Part shown: positions 56,918-64,000 of the stretch, piece after piece | How positions within the stretch are numbered: the stretch's first letter is position 1 | Layout of the letters: each line of letters opens with the position of its first letter | Source of the DNA: an uncultured Verrucomicrobiae bacterium | GTDB taxonomy: Bacteria; Verrucomicrobiota; Verrucomicrobiia; Chthoniobacterales; UBA10450 | Assembly: GCA_963735805.1 (NCBI GenBank) | Contig: CAVTMK010000002.1 | Location: 672,001 to 736,000 of the forward strand | Direction: 5' to 3' | Length of the DNA: 64,000 nucleotides | The notes under the pieces: generated by a model | Database searches by the model: none | The model's input: only the letters and a program-made list of their open reading frames with translations | What the model was told of the DNA's origin: nothing | Program-made: the position numbers and the translations under genes

Positions 56918-58001
56918 GTGAAAACCATTCTCGCCCTGGAAAGCTCGTGTGACGAAACCGGCGTAGCGATCTTGCGCCGGCGCAGCGGCAATTCAACGTT
57001 GGACTTGCTTGCCAGCGAAGTGGCATCGCAAATCGCCGCGCATGAAAAATATGGTGGGGTCGTTCCGGAGATCGCGTCGCGCAATCACCTGATCTACTCC
57101 CCGCGGTTGCTTGAGTGTGCTACGAGTTCAGCGAACATTGGATTGTCGGAGGTGGATGCTTTTGCCGCAACCAGCGGACCAGGTCTGGCGAGCTCGCTAA
57201 TGATCGGTGCCTCGATTGCCAAAGGATTGGCAATCGCTTTTCGCAAACCATACCTTGCCATCAATCATCTCGAAGGACATTTGCTCTCACCGTTTTTTGG
57301 AGATGCAGATGATGAGAACAGCAAAATCCCCGCGAACGTTTCGCTCATCGTCAGCGGCGGGCACACAATGCTGATTCGCGTGCATGGACTGGGTGATTAC
57401 CAGTTAATTGGCCGAAGCGTGGACGACGCAGCGGGCGAGGCGTTCGATAAGGTCGCCAAGTTGCTGGGGCTCGGTTATCCCGGCGGCCCCGAGATTGAAA
57501 AACACGCACGCGGCGGTGATCGAAATCGTTTCGAATTGCCGCGGAGCATGCCTGCGTCAGAAAACTTTAGCTTCAGCGGATTGAAAACAGCTGTCCGCTA
57601 TTTGTTGCCAAAGATTGTAGAGCGTTTCTGTGAAACGCCGGACGAAGAGCGGCGTCTGATACAGAAGCCCCACAAATTGGACGGACACGTTCTCGCCGAT
57701 GTCTGCGCTTCATTCCAGGAGGCGGTTATCGATGTACCTGGTACGCAAGACGATTGCAGCGGCGCGGAAATATCGCGTCGGTCTGGTGACGATTAGTGGA
57801 GGTGTCAGTTGCAACCAGGAACTGCGAAAACAATTGGGCGAGGCATGTGTGCGCCAAGGATTTGAATTCAAAAATGCGGAGCCGTGGTTGTGCACAGACA
57901 ACGCAGCGATGATCGCGTTTGCCGCATTATTACGATCAGAGACGGGATTTGAATCCAAAGTGACCGAGGAAATCGATCCCAACCTTGCGTTGGCAGGGTA
58001 G
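56918..58001 (+). CDS. tsaD: tRNA t6A synthase TsaD; +1 frameshift at ~57737 (likely sequence error) and in-frame REP insert
   Basis: ESSCDET, NHLEGH, SGGHT and DDAAGEAFDK in frame 1; GGVSCN and CTDNAAMI in the shifted frame. Confidence 0.93.
57616..57674. repeat. Intragenic GTAG-family REP pair in tsaD
   Basis: TGTAGAGCGTTTCTGTGAAACGCC...GGCGTCTGATACAGAAGCCCCACA; encodes VERFCETPDEERRLIQKPH. Confidence 0.75.
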
Positions 58002-58051
58002 GTCGCGACCGTAATACCTCCGCAGACGGCTCGACGAACCGGCTCTAACAA

Positions 58052-58936
58052 TCAGTACTCGCGTTCGAGAAGGTAATTTGCCAGCGCATGAAGCGCGTCA
58101 GCATCGCCTCCGCGAAATATGGAGAGAGCATCGTGTGCCTGGCGCGTGAGCCTCCTGGCCTCGGCGCGTGATTTCTCCAGACCAATCACTGCAGGATAAG
58201 TCGCCTTCTTTGCCGCGACGTCTTTGCCGGCGCTTTTGCCCAGTATCTCTGAGGTTTGCGTTACATCCAGAATATCGTCGATGACTTGGAAAGCGAGACC
58301 AAGCCGTTCCCCGAACTGTGTGATACCAGCGAGTCTTTTCGCTTCCGCGTTGGCGCTCATCGCACCGAGTCGAACCGCGGTTTTCAATATGGCAGCAGTT
58401 TTATTCTCGTGGATAAATCGTAGTTGGTCGCGCTTGACACTCTTGCCCTCCGCTTCGAGGTCCGCCACCTGGCCGGCGATGAGCCTTTGGCTACCGGCCG
58501 CGAACGCAACCTCTCGCAACAAAATTGAAATGTCGTAGCGAGGTGTGGGCTTTGCAGCGGACACGATTTCAAACGCGATCGTCAAGAGCGCGTCTCCGGC
58601 GAGTACAGCGATCCCTTCGCCGAAGACTTTATGGCATGTAGGGCGGCCCCGGCGGAAATCGTCATTATCCATGCTGGGAAGATCGTCATGCACCAGTGAA
58701 TAGGTGTGGATACACTCGATGGCACAGGCCAGAGGAAGGGCGTTATCAATCCTTCCGCGGCAAGCTTCAGCTGCTGCAAGACAAAGAATCGGCCGCAATC
58801 GCTTGCCTCCTGCAAAAAGACTGTAACGCATCGCCCTGTGAAGTGTGGCGGGTTTCGTAATCGCTTTCGGCAGATAACGATCCAGTGCGCGATCGATCTC
58901 TTTTTGGCGGGTCCGAAGATATTTTTTGAGATTCAC
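58052..58936 (-). CDS. ispA: Farnesyl/geranyl diphosphate synthase
   Basis: GGKRLRP, HDDLPSMDNDDFRRG and FQVIDDILD motifs. Confidence 0.93.
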   Translation of the reverse strand: MNLKKYLRTRQKEIDRALDRYLPKAITKPATLHRAMRYSLFAGGKRLRPILCLAAAEACRGRIDNALPLACAIECIHTYSLVHDDLPSMDNDDFRRGRPTCHKVFGEGIAVLAGDALLTIAFEIVSAAKPTPRYDISILLREVAFAAGSQRLIAGQVADLEAEGKSVKRDQLRFIHENKTAAILKTAVRLGAMSANAEAKRLAGITQFGERLGLAFQVIDDILDVTQTSEILGKSAGKDVAAKKATYPAVIGLEKSRAEARRLTRQAHDALSIFRGGDADALHALANYLLEREY

Positions 58937-59007
58937 GGGACGAAAGGAGGTGCTGGTGCTCGATTCTCAATACTGGATAATGCAATCTCGCGTTGAGTGT
59001 CCAGCGC

Positions 59008-59979
59008 TCAGATATTCTCCGCTGTCGCAGTGGTCTCGATCGGTTTCACGCGCATGGCAAGGAAGGCGCCCAGGAGCAAAACGGCGGCACTCCAAAGCTG
59101 AGCGTGGGTTAGTCGCTCACCGTAAATCCAGGCGGAAAGCCCCAGCGCCAGGGCCGGGCAGATAAGCTGAAGTGTTTGCGCTAATGCGACGCCGATTTCG
59201 CGGATGGCGACATAGTACAACACATGGGCCAGCGTTATGCAGGTTACCGCCGAAATGACCAGAATTAAGTTCACCTGCGTGCCGGCATGAAGTGGTGCAG
59301 TGATTTTTCCAAACGCGAATGTAAGCGGCAGCAGGAGGATTGATGTGATTAGGCTGACCAGACCGAAACTACGAATCGGGCCAAGTTGCGCGGACGGACG
59401 CTTAATCAGAACGCCATAAAGCGCCCAACAAAATGTGGCCGTAAAGGCGATGAATAAACCAGGGAGCCTCATGTGTTCCGTTTCTCGACCCGGTTGAAAC
59501 CAGATCACGCCAAAAGCGCCAACCAAGCCGAGCAGCGTGCCCGCTTGAAACTGCCATTGCCGAATCACCCGGCGTTCCTCGGGGAAAAACGCGAGTGCGA
59601 GTAAAGCTGTGAAGATTACGGACGCTCGGGTGAAGATCGTGTAAACGCCCGGCCCCATATAGAACAGGGCAACGACTTGTGTGACTTGATGGACTACGTT
59701 AGGGAGACATGGGATAAAACACATCGTCACGGCCCGCCACTCGAGAGGAGAAGGAGCGCGATAGGCGCGGTAAACGAACAGAGGTGCAATAGCGAGACAG
59801 GCGACCAGATAACGGTAGAAATTTTGTGCCCACGGATCGTAATAGCGATTCAAATAATACATGAACAGTGATGGCGTGGACCAAATGAAGACCGTGGCAA
59901 AGACAGCAGCGTAACCTTCCGACAGGCTTATGCGTCGGCGCCGATCGACAAATCTTGCAATCGAATTTGTTTGGTTCAT
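59008..59979 (-). CDS. DMT/EamA-family transporter
   Basis: ~10 TM helices in two EamA-like halves. Confidence 0.85.
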   Translation of the reverse strand: MNQTNSIARFVDRRRRISLSEGYAAVFATVFIWSTPSLFMYYLNRYYDPWAQNFYRYLVACLAIAPLFVYRAYRAPSPLEWRAVTMCFIPCLPNVVHQVTQVVALFYMGPGVYTIFTRASVIFTALLALAFFPEERRVIRQWQFQAGTLLGLVGAFGVIWFQPGRETEHMRLPGLFIAFTATFCWALYGVLIKRPSAQLGPIRSFGLVSLITSILLLPLTFAFGKITAPLHAGTQVNLILVISAVTCITLAHVLYYVAIREIGVALAQTLQLICPALALGLSAWIYGERLTHAQLWSAAVLLLGAFLAMRVKPIETTATAENI

Positions 59980-60046
59980 TTAGGCGTCCGGCACGTTAAT
60001 TTGCTCGCCTACAAGCATAAATCGCTCAACAGTTAGGCTGAAAGGA

Positions 60047-61012
60047 ATGATTATCTTGAACAAGCAAACAATTAACATTGCTACCGCGTCACTTCTCTGT
60101 TTTGCAGCGAGTCACGTGTGCCTTGGGAAACCGGCGGCAGGTGCCGCAAGCCATATGCAGCGCGGAATTGAGCTCGCTGAACAGAAAAATTACGACGCCG
60201 CCGCCGCCGAATTTACAAAGGCGATTCAAGCGAATCCGAAAGATGCGCGCGGTTACACTAATCGGGGCACGGCTTATCGCCAAGCAGCACAGGCAGCCCA
60301 GGCAAATGGAGATTCGGCTGGCGCAGCCACAAGGTATTCGTCTGCTTTAGCAGATTTTTCCAAGGCGATCGAAGTTGCTCCAAAGGATGAAGTGGCCTAC
60401 CGCGAGCGCGGAATGACCGCCGTAATGCAAAATCAGTTCGATGCAGCACTGCCAGATTTTGATAAGGCAATCGAACTTAAGCCCGATGACGCATACACCT
60501 ATAAATTTCGCGGTTTTGCTGAGATCGGCCTCAACCAATGGGATAAGGCAGTTGCGGATTTCACCGTCGCGATTCAAAAACAGCCAGACGATCCGCAAGA
60601 TTATGACCGGCGTGCCTGGGCAAACCGGAACCTGAAGAACTACGACGCGGCCGTCGCCGACTATACTTTGCTGATCGATAAGAACCCGAACGACACCGAG
60701 CACTTGGTCAAGCGAGGCGCTACATATACCTCGTTGCAGCAGTATGAGAAGGCCGTCGCCGATTACCAGGCGGCGTTAAAACTAAAACCAGACGACTATG
60801 ACACCGTTCAGCGATTGCAATACGTGCAGGGAATGCTGGCGGCAAAGAACGCTCCGCCGCCTCCTTCGGTTACTCCCACGCCAACGCCCAGTCCGGGTTT
60901 GATCACGCCTGTCAATGTGGGCATTGGCATCGTGGCACTGATCATCATTGCCATCATCGCGCGTTTGGTCACGCGAGGAAAAGCTGAAGAAACAAGCAGT
61001 AGAATCCGCTGA
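60047..61012 (+). CDS. Exported TPR protein with Pro/Thr linker and C-terminal membrane anchor
   Basis: About six TPRs (ADFxxAI..P); PPPPSVTPTPTP; terminal TM helix. Confidence 0.85.
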   Translation: MIILNKQTINIATASLLCFAASHVCLGKPAAGAASHMQRGIELAEQKNYDAAAAEFTKAIQANPKDARGYTNRGTAYRQAAQAAQANGDSAGAATRYSSALADFSKAIEVAPKDEVAYRERGMTAVMQNQFDAALPDFDKAIELKPDDAYTYKFRGFAEIGLNQWDKAVADFTVAIQKQPDDPQDYDRRAWANRNLKNYDAAVADYTLLIDKNPNDTEHLVKRGATYTSLQQYEKAVADYQAALKLKPDDYDTVQRLQYVQGMLAAKNAPPPPSVTPTPTPSPGLITPVNVGIGIVALIIIAIIARLVTRGKAEETSSRIR

Positions 61013-61286
61013 GTCATGCAGCAACCGCAGTGTCCGATGCCTTAGTGGACTTGATGTTTGTGATGCGCTTGGACCAGCGAAGTGTACGGCGTCTATGACA
61101 GGCAAGATGTGGCGAGAAATTTCTTTGACACGATGGTGCGCGCGGTTAGCTTGCGGACGCTTTTTGCTGGAACGAGGCGGTCCCATGGTCGTTCAAATTG
61201 CAAATTTGACGCGGCTTTGGGACTTTTGAATCTCTGGCAGAAGGCAAAACCGGGTTGCCGCAGAGGCGCTGGGTTGGCGACGAGCA

Positions 61287-61362
<76 letters not shown>

Positions 61363-61428
61363 GAACAAGCTCAGGGCCGAGAGTGATAATAGAGAAAATA
61401 GAGAGTCTAGTTAAACAGGAGAATTGAA

Positions 61429-62613
61429 ATGGCTAAGGAAGCATTTAAACGCGATAAGCCGCACGTAAATGTCGGCACGATCGGTCACGTGGACCACGGC
61501 AAAACGACCCTGACGGCAGCAATTACGATGGTGTTGGCGAAAAAGGGCATGGCCGAAGTGCGTGCATACGAATCGATCGATAACGCTCCCGAAGAAAAGG
61601 AGCGTGGCATTACCATTAACACTGCACACGTCGAGTACTCGAGTGACAAACGCCACTATGCGCACGTGGATTGCCCCGGACACGCAGACTACGTCAAGAA
61701 CATGATTACCGGTGCGGCGCAGATGGATGGCGCTATCCTGGTTGTCTCCGCGGCAGATGGACCGATGCCGCAGACCCGCGAGCATATTCTGCTCGCACGC
61801 CAGGTCGGTGTTCCTTCGGTTGTCGTGTTCCTGAACAAGGTCGACATGGTCGACGATCCAGAGCTGCTTGATCTCGTGGAGATGGAAGTGCGTGATCTCC
61901 TGACACAGTACGAATTTCCGGGAGATAAAATCCCGATCGTCAAAGGCAGCGCACTCAAAGCGCTCAACGGCGATGCGGATGCGGAAAAACAGATCCTGGC
62001 GCTCGTCGAGGCGATTGACGATTACATCCCTGTACCGGAGCGGCCGATCGATCAGCCGTTCCTGATGCCGATTGAGGACGTGTTCAACATTGAAGGTCGC
62101 GGCACTGTCGCCACGGGTCGTGTCGAGCGCGGTATTCTCAAGAAAATGGGAGAAGTGGAGCTGGTCGGCATTCGCCCTACCGCAAAGACGGTTGCGACCG
62201 ACATCGAAATGTTCCGCAAACTTCTCGATGAAGCGCGGGCGGGGGACAATGTTGGCGTTCTTTTGCGTGGCTTGAAGAAGGAAGAAGTGGAGCGTGGCCA
62301 GGTTATTTCAAAGCCTGGCTCGATTACGCCCCACAAGAAGTTCAAGGCGGAAGTTTATGTGCTGAGCAAAGAGGAAGGTGGACGTCATACTCCGTTCTTC
62401 ACCAATTACCGGCCACAGTTTTATTTCCGCACCACCGACGTGACTGGCACGGTCAAACTACCTGAAGGCGTAGAAATGGTCATGCCCGGCGACAACATTT
62501 CAATCGAAGTTGAGTTGATCACGCCGATCGCGATGGAGAAGACGATTCGTTTTGCCATCCGAGAAGGCGGCAAGACCGTAGGCGCCGGCCGCGTGAGTGA
62601 CATTCTCGACTAA
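61429..62613 (+). CDS. tuf: Elongation factor Tu
   Basis: [13 protein letters not shown] and NKVD motifs; AGGAG RBS. Confidence 0.99.
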   Translation: MAKEAFKRDKPHVNVGTIGHVDHGKTTLTAAITMVLAKKGMAEVRAYESIDNAPEEKERGITINTAHVEYSSDKRHYAHVDCPGHADYVKNMITGAAQMDGAILVVSAADGPMPQTREHILLARQVGVPSVVVFLNKVDMVDDPELLDLVEMEVRDLLTQYEFPGDKIPIVKGSALKALNGDADAEKQILALVEAIDDYIPVPERPIDQPFLMPIEDVFNIEGRGTVATGRVERGILKKMGEVELVGIRPTAKTVATDIEMFRKLLDEARAGDNVGVLLRGLKKEEVERGQVISKPGSITPHKKFKAEVYVLSKEEGGRHTPFFTNYRPQFYFRTTDVTGTVKLPEGVEMVMPGDNISIEVELITPIAMEKTIRFAIREGGKTVGAGRVSDILD

Positions 62614-62614
62614 C

Positions 62615-62700
62615 ACTCTTCCTTTGAATCTTCCTCTCAGTCGTTCACTTGAGCGGATACGAAAGGAAGAGGAGATTAAGAGGAAGCGGAAGAGGAAGAT
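62615..62700. repeat. Pyrimidine/purine hexamer-like inverted repeat tract
   Basis: CTCTTCCT...TCTTCCTCT followed by AGGAAGAG/GAGGAAG/GAAGAGGAAGA. Confidence 0.55.
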
Positions 62701-62705
62701 CAATT

Positions 62706-62778
62706 ACGCCAGTAGCTCAATTGGTAGAGTAGCGGTCTCCAAAACCGTCGGTTGGGGGTTCGAGTCCCTCCTGGCGTG
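62706..62778 (+). tRNA. tRNA-Trp(CCA), CCA end not encoded
   Basis: ACGCCAG...CTCCAAA loop...CTGGCGTG cloverleaf between tuf and secE. Confidence 0.96.
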
Positions 62779-62892
62779 TGGTTAACGCCGCGTTAAGGGG
62801 TTTACACCGTTGAAGCGTGAATCGGAAGAAGTGAAATTGAATCGCAATCGGACCGCTTTAACGCTTCAAACAAATAACGATTTAGATTTGAG

Positions 62893-63111
62893 ATGATTAC
62901 CAAAGTCAAAAACTTCTTCAGCGAAGTAAAGGTCGAGCTGCAGAAATGTTCGTGGCCGTGGGATCCGAAAGAGAAAGGATTCCGTCGTTACAAGGAACTG
63001 AGTGACTCGACTGTAGTCGTTCTTATCGCGATGTTATTACTGGGCGGATACGTGGCGCTCTTCGACCTGGTTCTGGTGAACGTGGTCCATTTCTTCACTC
63101 GACTACACTGA
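62893..63111 (+). CDS. secE: Preprotein translocase subunit SecE
   Basis: EVKVELQKCSWP motif plus one TM helix; precedes nusG. Confidence 0.93.
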   Translation: MITKVKNFFSEVKVELQKCSWPWDPKEKGFRRYKELSDSTVVVLIAMLLLGGYVALFDLVLVNVVHFFTRLH

Positions 63112-63114
63112 TTT

Positions 63115-63684
63115 ATGGCACAGACACTCGCAGGGAAGGATCAATGGTACGTTGTGCACGTGCTTTCCGGACAGGAAAACAAGGTGCGCGAGAATATCTT
63201 GAAGCGCGTCAAGACGGAAGAAATGGGCGATTTGATTTACGAAGTGCTCGTCCCCACAGAGCGCGTGTCGGAGATCAAGAAAGGGAAGAAGAGCGAGACT
63301 ACGCGGAAGTTTTTTCCCGGATATCTGATCGCTAACATGCACCTGCTCGATGAGCACAATCAGCTCGTCGGGCGCACCTGGTATTTCATCCGTGACACAC
63401 CTGGAGTAATCGGGTTTGCCGGTACTAAGGATAAACCAATCCCGATGCGCCAGTCGGAGGTGGACAGCATGCTCGCTCAAATGAAAGAGCGCGAAGAGAA
63501 AGTGAAACCAAAAGTCAGCTTCGAAGTTGGCGAATCGGTGAAAGTCGCAGACGGCCCTTTCCAAAACCAGACTGGCATCGTCGAGGAAATCGATCCGGAG
63601 CGTGGAAAACTACGCGTCTCAGTTACCATTTTCGGTCGCGCTACTCCGGTGGAGCTGGAATATTGGCAGGTCGAGCGCGGATAA
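63115..63684 (+). CDS. nusG: Transcription factor NusG
   Basis: WYVVHVLSGQE, FPGY, KOW GPF and IFGRATPVEL motifs. Confidence 0.98.
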   Translation: MAQTLAGKDQWYVVHVLSGQENKVRENILKRVKTEEMGDLIYEVLVPTERVSEIKKGKKSETTRKFFPGYLIANMHLLDEHNQLVGRTWYFIRDTPGVIGFAGTKDKPIPMRQSEVDSMLAQMKEREEKVKPKVSFEVGESVKVADGPFQNQTGIVEEIDPERGKLRVSVTIFGRATPVELEYWQVERG

Positions 63685-63689
63685 CAGTT

Positions 63690-63719
63690 TGTCGTTCCGA
63701 GCGAAGTCGAGGAATCTCT
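63690..63719 (+). repeat. Single TGTC-tagged REP
   Basis: TGTCGTTCCGAGCGAAGTCGAGGAATCTCT. Confidence 0.85.
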
Positions 63720-63744
63720 GAATTCAAAATAGGACGGACACATA

Positions 63745-64000
63745 ATGGCAAAAGAAAAAGTAGCTGAGATCAAACTCCAAATTCCTGCCGGACAGGCTAA
63801 CCCTGCACCGCCAGTTGGAACAGCCCTGGGGCCACGTGGCGTCAACATCATGGCGTTCTGCAAGGAATTTAACGCAACGACCCAAAAACAGGCCGGCGAT
63901 ATTCTCCCGGTGGTTATCACCGTTTACAAAGATAAATCGTTTACTTTCATCACGAAGAGTCCGCCCGCCGCAATTCTGTTGAAGAAAGCCGCCAACATTG
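63745..64000 (+). CDS. rplK: 50S ribosomal protein L11 (partial, runs off the window)
   Basis: [43 protein letters not shown]. Confidence 0.97.
   Translation, partial: MAKEKVAEIKLQIPAGQANPAPPVGTALGPRGVNIMAFCKEFNATTQKQAGDILPVVITVYKDKSFTFITKSPPAAILLKKAANI

Noticed and set aside
5343..57084. Long antisense or alternate-frame ORFs (e.g. 5343..6005, 38406..39032, 56344..57084)
   Set aside because: Shadow ORFs of well-supported genes in GC-rich sequence, with no protein motifs.

Overview
Core-chromosome window from a moderately GC-rich bacterium, most consistent with soil Verrucomicrobia (Spartobacteria/Chthoniobacterales-like). This is inferred from the divergent FtsZ, the SecE 'WPWDPKEKGFRRYKEL' segment and a DUF5069-like protein, and was not verified by search. 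It runs from the 3' end of ftsA and ftsZ to the tRNA-Thr/tuf/tRNA-Trp/secE/nusG/rplK cluster. In between are a family B DNA polymerase, a stand-alone 5'-3' exonuclease, recA, alaS, comEC, rarA, nadC, birA, a cobalamin riboswitch with a btuB-like receptor, a frameshifted tsaD, and a sulfatase/sulfotransferase cluster beside tRNA-Lys. No transposase, integrase, prophage or CRISPR array is visible. The main non-housekeeping signal is a dense set of short palindromic REP-like elements in several families (GTAG-, GTGG- and TGTC-tagged, plus short GC palindromes). They fill many intergenic gaps, sit in frame inside the polymerase (twice), AlaRS, TsaD and probably RfaD, supply stop codons to several genes, and interrupt the riboswitch leader. 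Other highlights are an apparently proofreading-dead family B polymerase, a ~55-aa insert in AlaRS, two candidate sRNAs with exposed anti-Shine-Dalgarno loops, and a variant B12 riboswitch. All calls come from reading motifs by eye; no database searches were run.
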